DNA of 24,637 bases from an uncultured Aminicenantes bacterium (lineage in GTDB: Bacteria; Acidobacteriota; Aminicenantia; UBA2199), in the NCBI GenBank assembly GCA_965195285.1, contig CBDAFS010000044.1, forward strand, positions 1 through 24,637, in the 5' to 3' direction. The notes beneath the pieces were generated by a model, which worked only from the letters and a program-made list of their open reading frames with translations, did no database searches and was not told the DNA's origin. Every line of letters starts with the position of its first letter. The stretch's first letter is position 1. Position numbers and translations under genes: made by a program. Positions 9,482-17,293 of the stretch are shown here, piece by piece.

Positions 9482-10450
9482 TTATTTTTTACCCAGCAGG
9501 GTGCCCATAAAGGAAATGATAAAACTGACCACCCAGAAGTAGGCCATTACCAGGATCAGATTCAGAAGCGGATTGTCCATTCCAGGGCCGGCTCCACGGG
9601 CCAGGTTCTGCCAGGCAGTGAAATCAAACTGCAGGGCGGCCAGCTGAGCCACAGCAGCAATCAATACATAAATCACACTGAAAATCAGGGCAGTATTGGA
9701 ACGTTTATACCGTCCGATATCCCGTGCAATGATTCCCCCGAAAAAGAGGCCCATGACCAGGCAGATGAGGCTGATGGCGATCGGAGGGGTCCACTGAGTG
9801 ATATTCAACCAGTGGGTGTGCAGGTGCAGGAGCGGAAAAACCATCATTTGACCCTGGAAAAGACCGGTAATGCTGGCTGATGATAACCGGTTCTGCATCA
9901 GTACACTCAGCAGCAGTCCGCCCCAGGAGAGAATATAGGCGATCAACAGTCCCAGAACCAGACCGTTGAAAAGGTTTCCTTTTCGGGCCGGCCGGTCCGG
10001 CTTGATTTTGATATATTCTCGGATCAGGGGATGGGTCTTCTCGGAGCTGGAGGTTTGGGTGTCGGCAGGTTCGGAGCGGATCACGGTTTTTGGCAGGCCC
10101 AGTTGTAAGTCCGCTTCGGACAATTCGGTTCGTACCACATTCAGGGGATTGATAAAGGTAAATTCGAACACATCCAGCCTGATCTTGTCTGCGGTTCGAA
10201 GTTTCTTTCGCTCTACATTTTTACCGTTGACAGAGGTTTTGTTGATGGAATCGAGGTCAATGATTTCATAAATGTCTCCGGTCCGGATGATTTTGGCATG
10301 CCGGGCCGAGATGGTACTCTCTTTCATGATCAGGTCACAATCCGGGCTCCTGCCAATCACAAACTCATCCCCGGCGATCAGGTATTTATTACCGTTGTAA
10401 AGTCCGGTTATTCCTTCCAGATGAGCCTGTTTTTCTTCGGATTGATCCAT
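9482..10450 (-). CDS. FHA-domain protein with C-terminal multi-pass membrane domain
   Basis: FHA signature IGRSPDCDL...ISARHAKI...DLDSINKTSVNG, a polar linker, then about four hydrophobic helices. AAGGAG RBS upstream. Confidence 0.88.
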   Translation of the reverse strand: MDQSEEKQAHLEGITGLYNGNKYLIAGDEFVIGRSPDCDLIMKESTISARHAKIIRTGDIYEIIDLDSINKTSVNGKNVERKKLRTADKIRLDVFEFTFINPLNVVRTELSEADLQLGLPKTVIRSEPADTQTSSSEKTHPLIREYIKIKPDRPARKGNLFNGLVLGLLIAYILSWGGLLLSVLMQNRLSSASITGLFQGQMMVFPLLHLHTHWLNITQWTPPIAISLICLVMGLFFGGIIARDIGRYKRSNTALIFSVIYVLIAAVAQLAALQFDFTAWQNLARGAGPGMDNPLLNLILVMAYFWVVSFIISFMGTLLGKK

Positions 10451-10479
10451 GCCTTTCTCCTTCTGATATCTTTAGATAG

Positions 10480-10508
10480 ATTGTAGGCCATTGGATAAAA
10501 ATAGTCAA
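10480..10508 (-). promoter_or_regulatory. Putative sigma70 promoter for the FHA gene
   Basis: Minus strand TTGACT (10508-10503), 17-nt spacer, TACAAT (10485-10480). Confidence 0.7.
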
Positions 10509-10542
10509 AAAAAGACCGTAAACCCGTTCCGGCCTGCAGTAG

Positions 10543-10571
10543 TTGACATCTGCATTTTTTAAATATAAGAT
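10543..10571 (+). promoter_or_regulatory. Putative sigma70 promoter for the repeat-nuclease/ATPase operon
   Basis: TTGACA (10543-10548), 17-nt spacer, TAAGAT (10566-10571). Confidence 0.7.
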
Positions 10572-10620
10572 ATAAACGGGATGAATGGCCGGTAGGCGTA
10601 GCCGTGAACCGGAAAGACCA

Positions 10621-11562
10621 ATGATTACCAAAGAACGTATTATCCAGGAGATTCAGCGGGTGGCCAAAAAATTGGATGGCAAGGGATTGAACCAGAATGA
10701 ATTCGAATTGCATTCCACCATTCCCGTCGAAACCGTAAGATATCACCTGGGAAGCTGGGAGCAGGCCCTGAAACAGGCGGATTTAACCCCGGTTTCTGAT
10801 GAGAAAGCCCGGGGCCAACGGCAAAAATCCAGCCAAAACCAGCAGGTGAAAAGTTCGGCTGTGAGTGAAGAAAAATTGTTGATAGAGCTGATCCGAATTT
10901 ACAATAAAATCGGAGAGGAGCCCACGGTTCTGACCGTGGATGCCCAGGGAAAATACGGAGAGCATTTATACCGTAAACACTGGAAGAGCCTGGATGAGGC
11001 CCTGTTGCAAGCCAGAAAGAGCTATCCGGAAAAATTCAACACTCAAAGTGGCAAATCCGGAGCTGTTTCCATCGAAGATGCACAGATGTCCCTGGAGGAA
11101 TACAATGTCCAGAAACAACCCGGTAGGGCAGAGGAGGAAATGGTGGAGGAACAAAAAATAAAATTCATTCCCCAGACCATAAAACCCAAGCAGGTCAAAA
11201 AAAGACCCAGGACTCTGGGTGAATCCATAAAATTCCGGGGCCTGAGGTTTGCCCCGGCTGATAAAAAGGGGGTTATATTCCTGTTCGGAATAGTGGCTCC
11301 GGAACTGGGATTTGTCATTGAATCCCTCAGCCCGGAATTTCCCGATTGTGATGCCCGGCGCTGTGTGGATCTGGGAAACAATCAGTGGGAGCATATCCGG
11401 ATACAATTTGAATACCGCTGCTCCGAGGTTCAGGAGCCGGAATTGCTGGAAAACGGTTGCGACCTGATTGTCTGCTGGATTCATGATCACAAGGATTGTC
11501 CGACCGAGGTCCTGGAACTTAAATCCGAGATGGACCGTTTTGAGGATTTTTTCAGGGAGTGA
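10621..11562 (+). CDS. Protein with two homing-endonuclease-associated repeats and a C-terminal restriction-endonuclease-like domain (possibly inactive)
   Basis: Repeat 1 is TKERIIQEIQRVAKKL...TVRYHLGSWEQALKQADL and repeat 2 is SEEKLLIELIRIYNKIGEEPT...YRKHWKSLDEALLQA. The C-terminal region reads GVIFLFG...FPDCDARR...RIQFEYR...CDLIVCWIHD. Start could be 10585 or 10621. Confidence 0.72.
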   Translation: MITKERIIQEIQRVAKKLDGKGLNQNEFELHSTIPVETVRYHLGSWEQALKQADLTPVSDEKARGQRQKSSQNQQVKSSAVSEEKLLIELIRIYNKIGEEPTVLTVDAQGKYGEHLYRKHWKSLDEALLQARKSYPEKFNTQSGKSGAVSIEDAQMSLEEYNVQKQPGRAEEEMVEEQKIKFIPQTIKPKQVKKRPRTLGESIKFRGLRFAPADKKGVIFLFGIVAPELGFVIESLSPEFPDCDARRCVDLGNNQWEHIRIQFEYRCSEVQEPELLENGCDLIVCWIHDHKDCPTEVLELKSEMDRFEDFFRE

Positions 11563-11592
11563 ATTTAAACTGATTAAAGGATGTAAGCGGGA

Positions 11593-12816
11593 ATGAAAAT
11601 CATACCAATTGCCTCTGGAAAAGGAGGGGTGGGCAAGACCACCCTGGCCCTGAATCTGGCCCTGGCCCTGTCCAGACAGTATCAAACCGTGCTCATTGAC
11701 CTGGATGCCGGCACCTCCAGCCTGAGAAATTTCCTGCAGATGAAGATCGGCAAGGACATCTATCATTTTTTGAAAAAAGACCATCCTTTGGAAAAATGCC
11801 TGGTTGGCCTGGACCGAAGTCTGGATCCGGAAAATATTTTTGCCGGTTTCCGTATGATTGCCTCGCCCCAGAATTTTATATCCGATATTGTAAATTTAAA
11901 TAATCAATTGAAGAACAAATTGATCAGGGGCATCAACCATCTCCGGGCCGATTATGTGATCCTGGATATCAAGGCCGGAATCGATGACCAGGTGCTGAAT
12001 TTTCTGCCCATCACCAATACCGGCATACTTGTGTTTACCCCCAAGATGAAGGCGGCCACCATGACTGCAGCCGAGATGGTGAGGGCGGTATTATTACGGG
12101 TTTGCCGGATATTGTTGAAACCCAGGGCCCTCAATCTCGATTCCGGAGAAACCTTGAGCTCGAAGGATCTCCAGATGCTGGCATCGATTGTTGACCGGCT
12201 GGAAGATGGTTACAACCGGAGAATACCGAATTTCGATCATTTTTTCCTTCAGGTGGAAGAACGGTTCCCGGGGACCCGGATAATTCCCCGCCTGAAACGG
12301 TTTGTGAGTAATTTCCGGGTCAATTTTGTCCTCAATCAATTCGACGGGATTGAAAACTCTGCCGAAAATATCATCAGACCCTTTGTGGAGCACTTGACCA
12401 GCCTGGTGTCTGCCAACATGGCTCCCACCAACCTGGGCTGGGTGGTTTACCATGAAGAAATCCGTAATTCCTCTGAGTATGCCTTGCCCTATTTGATCAT
12501 GCAACAATACCGCCGGAAGCCGAAGATCTCCGATCAGGATCGAATAGAAGCCGAACTCAGGGAACTGATGGGGGTGAAAAAAAAGCCACTTTCTTCCCGA
12601 TCCCCGGACCTTTCAATAGAATCCGGGAACAATGAGGTCACCCGGCAGCTGGATGTACTCAGAAGAATGGTCGTGCGCGGGGCCAGCCAGGACCCGGAGG
12701 CCAATTTTGATTTTGTGGTGGCGCGGTTGCAGGCCCTGGGCAAGAGCAGTATTCATCACTGCGGTATGAACCGGATCCTCTCTCCGCATGAAATCCGAAA
12801 CATCTTTTATACCTGA
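11593..12816 (+). CDS. MinD/ParA/FlhG-family P-loop ATPase, extended (407 aa)
   Basis: Deviant Walker A SGKGGVGKTT, LIDLD, DYVILD, FVLNQ, LGWV; long internal and C-terminal additions. Confidence 0.88.
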   Translation: MKIIPIASGKGGVGKTTLALNLALALSRQYQTVLIDLDAGTSSLRNFLQMKIGKDIYHFLKKDHPLEKCLVGLDRSLDPENIFAGFRMIASPQNFISDIVNLNNQLKNKLIRGINHLRADYVILDIKAGIDDQVLNFLPITNTGILVFTPKMKAATMTAAEMVRAVLLRVCRILLKPRALNLDSGETLSSKDLQMLASIVDRLEDGYNRRIPNFDHFFLQVEERFPGTRIIPRLKRFVSNFRVNFVLNQFDGIENSAENIIRPFVEHLTSLVSANMAPTNLGWVVYHEEIRNSSEYALPYLIMQQYRRKPKISDQDRIEAELRELMGVKKKPLSSRSPDLSIESGNNEVTRQLDVLRRMVVRGASQDPEANFDFVVARLQALGKSSIHHCGMNRILSPHEIRNIFYT

Positions 12817-12859
12817 TTATTAGATAAAATAATTCTTTTATAAGAGGGGAAATTCAAGA

Positions 12860-13867
12860 ATGAGATATGGAATTTGCGGTTTTTTCATCATGGTTTTCAT
12901 GGCCGCTTCCCTGTTTGCCCAGCAGGTGGTTGAGCTTCCGGATATTTCAAAACCCCACCTGATACTGGTTGAAAAGGACCGGCTGTTTATTGTTGAGGGG
13001 ACCACTGTTTTTATATATTCACTTCAGGATTTTCATTTGATCGAAAAATTCGGGAGGCAGGGCGAGGGGCCGGGTGAGCTCAAGTCTTTTGTTTCCTTCC
13101 TGGAAGTCGGGGCGGATTATATTCTGATAAACAGCAGCGGCAGATTATCCTGGTTCAGCCACAACGGGAAGTTTTTAAAGCAGAAGAAAGATGTTGCCCT
13201 GGGACATAATTATAAGATTCTTGGTAAGGGTTTTGTGGGAATGAGAATGATGAGGGAAAAAGATGGCATCTACTTTTCCGTCAACATCTTTGATTCTGAT
13301 TTGAATAAAATTCGGGAAATTCACCGCTACAGGCACCCGTTTTTTCGCCATGACCGGAAAATCAATCCGGTTAACCTGAGAATTTCGTCCTATTTTGTTT
13401 GTCAGGAGAAGATATATCTTGATATGGAAAACGGTATTATTCAGGTTTTTGATCAAAAAGGAGAACCTCTTTATTCTGTTACCTGTGAATTTTCAACGGT
13501 AAAAATGACTCCGAAAAAACGGGAAAAGTTTCTGAAATTCTGGAAATCCGACCTAAAGGCCGAATATGAAGTGTATAAAGAAAGGCTGCAGTTCCCTGCC
13601 ACCCTTCCGTTCATAAAAGATTTTCAGGTAGCGGATGACAAAATATATGTGATCACCTATAGGGAAAAGATGGGCAAAAACGAGTTGATCATACTGGGAC
13701 TAAAGGGCGAGCTGATAGAAAAAACCTGGGTGGAACTGGCTGATGTTAATATGTTATTACCTCATCTCCTGAATTATTACACCATTCAAAACCATAGGAT
13801 TTATAAGCTGGTTGACAATGCGGACAAGGAAATCTGGGAACTTCATATATCGAAGTTTTTTAAATAG
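12860..13867 (+). CDS. Secreted 6-bladed beta-propeller-type protein
   Basis: Signal peptide ending ASLFA-QQ, FGRQGEGPGEL motif, and repeated beta blades (VNIFDSDLNKI, IQVFDQKGEPL, ILGLKGELI). Confidence 0.75.
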   Translation: MRYGICGFFIMVFMAASLFAQQVVELPDISKPHLILVEKDRLFIVEGTTVFIYSLQDFHLIEKFGRQGEGPGELKSFVSFLEVGADYILINSSGRLSWFSHNGKFLKQKKDVALGHNYKILGKGFVGMRMMREKDGIYFSVNIFDSDLNKIREIHRYRHPFFRHDRKINPVNLRISSYFVCQEKIYLDMENGIIQVFDQKGEPLYSVTCEFSTVKMTPKKREKFLKFWKSDLKAEYEVYKERLQFPATLPFIKDFQVADDKIYVITYREKMGKNELIILGLKGELIEKTWVELADVNMLLPHLLNYYTIQNHRIYKLVDNADKEIWELHISKFFK

Positions 13868-13910
13868 GGACACATCCCATTTTAAAGCTTTGATCCTTTA
13901 TTGTTATTAC

Positions 13911-13939
13911 TTGAATTTGATGGTTTATTTTGTTATTAT
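13911..13939 (+). promoter_or_regulatory. Putative sigma70 promoter for the two-gene islet
   Basis: TTGAAT (13911-13916), 17-nt spacer, TATTAT (13934-13939) with TGn extension; a second TATAAT at 13943-13948. Confidence 0.5.
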
Positions 13940-13957
13940 AACTATAATTGAGGGTAT

Positions 13958-14164
13958 GTGATAGTGATTAAAGATATCGGGTTTTATCGTCGTTTTGAAG
14001 ATTCGCAGCTTGAAAAAGACAAGAGCAGTTTTATTAAAAAGATGAGAATATATGAAGAATTGTGGAAAGAAGGAAAGGAAATGGGGATTTTTCCTCTGAC
14101 TGATCCTCTTGAAGGTATTGAAGAGGATATAAAACTTGCTGAGCTGTTAAACAGGTATCCTTAA
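13958..14164 (+). CDS. Small acidic hypothetical protein, likely partner (antitoxin-like) of the downstream nucleotidyltransferase
   Basis: 68-aa ORF after GAGGG, with motif YEELWKEGKEMG..P..DPLEGIEEDIKLA. Ends 27 nt before the NTase gene. Start is GTG 13958 or 13964. Confidence 0.7.
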   Translation: MIVIKDIGFYRRFEDSQLEKDKSSFIKKMRIYEELWKEGKEMGIFPLTDPLEGIEEDIKLAELLNRYP

Positions 14165-14191
14165 CAGATAAAATCTATTTGAAATATCGAT

Positions 14192-14734
14192 ATGTTTAAA
14201 GAGCTAATCCTATCAATAGCCAGATCCTTTAATAAACACAAAATTCCTTATATGATAATTGGGGGGCAGGCTGTTTTGCTCTATGGAGAACCAAGGCTGA
14301 CAAAAGATATTGATATTACTGTAGGATTAAATATCGATTCTCTGGATAAGATAGTAACTGTTTGCCGAAAAATCGGTTTGACTCCGATATCTGGAGATTA
14401 TCAACGTTTTGTAAAGAGGACTATGGTTCTCCCGCTGTCAAATGAAGATAAAGATATAAGAGTCGATATAATTTTCTCTTTTTCGCTTTTTGAAAGAGAA
14501 GCGATAAAAAAAGCGAATCCTGTTGATATTGAGGGCACCGAGGTTCTTTTTGTGACTGTAGAGGATCTGGTGGTTTTTAAGATATTTGCCGGAAGACCAA
14601 GAGATATAGAGGATGTTAGAATCATTATGATAAAAAATAAAAATATTGATATTGGATATATTGAAAAGAAATTAAAAGAATTATCTTTTGAAGATAAAGA
14701 TCTTCTAAAGATTTTCAAGGAAATTAAAATTTAA
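14192..14734 (+). CDS. Nucleotidyltransferase (Pol-beta superfamily; DUF6036/AbiEii-like)
   Basis: YMIIGGQAV..YGEPRLTKDIDI, RVDII, EDLVVFKIFAGRPRDIEDV. Confidence 0.85.
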   Translation: MFKELILSIARSFNKHKIPYMIIGGQAVLLYGEPRLTKDIDITVGLNIDSLDKIVTVCRKIGLTPISGDYQRFVKRTMVLPLSNEDKDIRVDIIFSFSLFEREAIKKANPVDIEGTEVLFVTVEDLVVFKIFAGRPRDIEDVRIIMIKNKNIDIGYIEKKLKELSFEDKDLLKIFKEIKI

Positions 14735-14741
14735 AAAAATC

Positions 14742-15713
14742 TTATTCGGCCAGGAGTGCTTCTACGGCCTTTTTTAACTGGTCTTTCTTCAACCCGAAAT
14801 GCCTTAATACGCCCTTCTTATCGACCAGCCAGTAGGAGGGGATGGAATTTACCCCGTAGAGTTTGGCGGTTTCATCTTTCCAGGCCTGGTCGGAATAGGC
14901 CATTTTCCATTCCAGGTTTTCTTTTTTGATATAGGTATTGAGCTTTTCCTGATTGTTGTCCAGGCTGATCCCGATGATTTCAAAGCCCCGGGGATTCAGT
15001 TCCATGTAGTATTTTTTCAGGTCCGGAATTCCAACCAGGCAGGGTCGGCACCAGGTGGCCCAGAAGTCGATCAGAACGACTTTTCCCTTCTGCCGGGAGA
15101 GGGTGAACATCTCTCCGTCGAGCAATTTCACTGAAAAATCCTTGGCCGGTTGATCGATTCCGATCTTGGCCTTTATTTTGTCAACGGCCTTTTTAAAGCG
15201 ATCTTTATTCTGGATCAGGGCAAAATCCTTTTCATAGAGAAACAAGAAGGAGATGAATCCCCGGTTAACCGCCTCATCCAGCCAGTCAAGTGCTTTTTCG
15301 GTGTTGTTCAGTTTAATATATAATTCAATGAGATCAAAGCAACTCCAGGGAGATTTTCGTTTTGAATTTTTCTCCTTTTCCAGACCCATTTCAAGGGCCT
15401 GCTGGTATTTACCCTGCTGTTTGAAAATATGTAACTTGGCGCTGGATAACTCCACCGGATCGGTCAGGTGTTTTTCCACATGAGTCAGGGCTTCATCATA
15501 ATGCTTCAATTCCATCAGGGTGTAAAACTTCCATTTGACCAGCTGGGAATTGTCCTTGAAGTCGATCAGGCCTTTTTCAATGAGTTCCAGGGCCTTGGCA
15601 AAATTTTTCTGGCTGTATAGCTGACGGACCTCCTGAATGATTTCATTCTGGCCGGAGATCAAGCCCAGAGACAGTATCAAAACAAACAATATCAAAATAA
15701 TGGTTTTTTTCAT
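14742..15713 (-). CDS. TlpA/ResA-family thiol-disulfide oxidoreductase with N-terminal TPR-like region, exported
   Basis: Signal peptide, helical TPR-like N-terminal half, GKVVLIDFWATWCRPC, EIIGISLD, YGVNSIPSYWLVDKKG. Confidence 0.9.
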   Translation of the reverse strand: MKKTIILILFVLILSLGLISGQNEIIQEVRQLYSQKNFAKALELIEKGLIDFKDNSQLVKWKFYTLMELKHYDEALTHVEKHLTDPVELSSAKLHIFKQQGKYQQALEMGLEKEKNSKRKSPWSCFDLIELYIKLNNTEKALDWLDEAVNRGFISFLFLYEKDFALIQNKDRFKKAVDKIKAKIGIDQPAKDFSVKLLDGEMFTLSRQKGKVVLIDFWATWCRPCLVGIPDLKKYYMELNPRGFEIIGISLDNNQEKLNTYIKKENLEWKMAYSDQAWKDETAKLYGVNSIPSYWLVDKKGVLRHFGLKKDQLKKAVEALLAE

Positions 15714-15738
15714 AGTTTCTCCTTATTTGAGATTCATT

Positions 15739-15810
15739 ATGGTAATACAATGTTAAACGAAATGCAACCAAAAAAGTTTGGTTTATTATAAAAATCGGCT
15801 GTGGTATGAT
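15739..15810. promoter_or_regulatory. Divergent promoter candidates for the TlpA gene (-) and nitroreductase (+)
   Basis: Minus strand: TTGCAT (15767-15762), 17 nt, TACCAT (15744-15739). Plus strand: extended -10 TGgTATGAT (15802-15810). Confidence 0.45.
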
Positions 15811-15856
15811 TTTATGCTGCCTGATTAAATAAAGTGAAAGACTGTGCGGTGAAGAC

Positions 15857-16399
15857 ATGAATTTTTTAACATTGGTAAAAAAGAGAAAAAGTATTCGAAA
15901 ATATTCATCCAGACCGATTCCCAGAGAGATGATTGATTCATGCCTGGAAGCTGCCAGGCTGGCGCCTTCGGCCTGTAATTCCCAGCCCTGGTCTTTTATT
16001 GTTGTAGATGATGAAAAAATCAAGAATGAGATTGTGAAAAAAGCCCTTTCCGGAATTTATAAAATGAATGACTTTGTTAGAGAAGCATCAACCTTAATTG
16101 TGGTCCTGACCGAACACTCTACCTATATTGCCCGGATGGGCGGGCAATTGAGACATGTGAAATACAGCCTCATAGATATTGGGATTGCCTGTGAACATCT
16201 GATACTGCGGGCGGTTGAACTGGGTTTGGGGACTTGCTGGCTGGGATGGTTCAATGAAAAGGCTGTTAAAAAAGTTCTGGGTTTGCCAAAGTCAAAAAAG
16301 ATTGATGTGATGATCAGCCTGGGATATCCGGAGGGTGCTGATGGAAAAGATAAAAAAAGAAAATCCTTAATAAAAACAAGGCGGTACTTAAGCGATTGA
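15857..16399 (+). CDS. Nitroreductase family protein
   Basis: KRKSIRKY, AARLAPSACNSQPW, DIGIACEHLILRAVELGLGTCWLG, ISLGYP. Confidence 0.93.
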   Translation: MNFLTLVKKRKSIRKYSSRPIPREMIDSCLEAARLAPSACNSQPWSFIVVDDEKIKNEIVKKALSGIYKMNDFVREASTLIVVLTEHSTYIARMGGQLRHVKYSLIDIGIACEHLILRAVELGLGTCWLGWFNEKAVKKVLGLPKSKKIDVMISLGYPEGADGKDKKRKSLIKTRRYLSD

Positions 16400-16445
16400 A
16401 GTGTTAAAGAATGAAGGGAGAGAGTTCAGAATTTAAAAAAAGCAA

Positions 16446-16474
16446 TTGTAAGTTCAATAAAAATTTGGTAGACT
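16446..16474 (+). promoter_or_regulatory. Putative sigma70 promoter for the J-like/phosphatase/argS/ABC operon
   Basis: TTGTAA (16446-16451), 17-nt spacer, TAGACT (16469-16474) with TGn extension; AAGGAG RBS before ATG 16499. Confidence 0.6.
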
Positions 16475-16498
16475 ATTTTTATAGGTAAGGAGAAATTC

Positions 16499-17269
16499 AT
16501 GAATTCAGATACGGAAATACAGGATTTCATAGATCGTATAAATCAGCTATTTCAGAAATTAACTGCCTCAGAAATGGATTATTTTGAGTTGCTGGGGTTG
16601 TCCAGAACCGCCATTACCCGGGATATCGAGGCGGCCTATCAAAAGTATATCTATGATTTTTCCGAACAGCAAATCAATAAAATCCAGGATTCTGAACTCA
16701 GACGAAAGGCCGGATTTGTGGCCGAGAAAATCAACCGGGCCCGGGATATCCTGATGGATTATGACAAGAGGGCCGCCTATGAGCAACGCGGTTTCAGGGA
16801 AGCGGGGCCCCAGGATGAACCGGAGGAAGACCCGTTAGAGACTGCCAAGATCCTCTACCGCAAAGCCAAAACACTCTATGGCATGCAGGATTATGTCACT
16901 GCCATATCTGCGCTGGAAAAGGCCATTCACTGCGACCCCAAGAAACCCGACCACTATTATTTGCTGGGTGTTTGCCAGTCGAGATTTCCCACCTTAAAAC
17001 GGGAAGCCGAACAAAACCTGCTGAAAGCAGCGGAAATGGAACCCTGGAATGCCGAGCATGATGCAGCTCTGGGCATGCTTTTTTATTCGGAGCAATTGTA
17101 TACCCGGGCCGAATCCTATTTTCGCAAAGCACTGGACAAAGAACCCAGTCATACCATGGCCAGGAGAAAACTGGAGGAGATCGTGGGACCGGAAAAGAAA
17201 CCCATGGATTCGATAAAAGAGGGTTTGTACAAAGCTTTTCCCAGTATTTTCAGAAAAAAGAAAAAGTAA
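16499..17269 (+). CDS. J-domain-like (HPD missing) plus TPR protein
   Basis: DYFELLGLSRTA..RDIEAAY...EKINRARDILMDYDKRAAYE follows the J-domain pattern, then three TPRs (AISALEKAIHCDP, KAAEMEPWNA, AESYFRKALDKEP). Confidence 0.8.
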   Translation: MNSDTEIQDFIDRINQLFQKLTASEMDYFELLGLSRTAITRDIEAAYQKYIYDFSEQQINKIQDSELRRKAGFVAEKINRARDILMDYDKRAAYEQRGFREAGPQDEPEEDPLETAKILYRKAKTLYGMQDYVTAISALEKAIHCDPKKPDHYYLLGVCQSRFPTLKREAEQNLLKAAEMEPWNAEHDAALGMLFYSEQLYTRAESYFRKALDKEPSHTMARRKLEEIVGPEKKPMDSIKEGLYKAFPSIFRKKKK

Positions 17270-17293
17270 TTTCATCACCTTAATTTTTCAACA

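Noticed and set aside
10621-11562. Active homing endonuclease or intron/intein
   Set aside because: Only the associated repeats are present. There is no HNH, LAGLIDADG or GIY-YIG motif and no interrupted host gene.
10966-11784. 272-aa minus-strand ORF
   Set aside because: It is antisense to two motif-bearing genes with a clear promoter and has no recognisable domain.
13855-14745. Target-site duplication around the NTase islet
   Set aside because: Only TTTAAA-like matches occur at both ends, which is not significant in AT-rich sequence.
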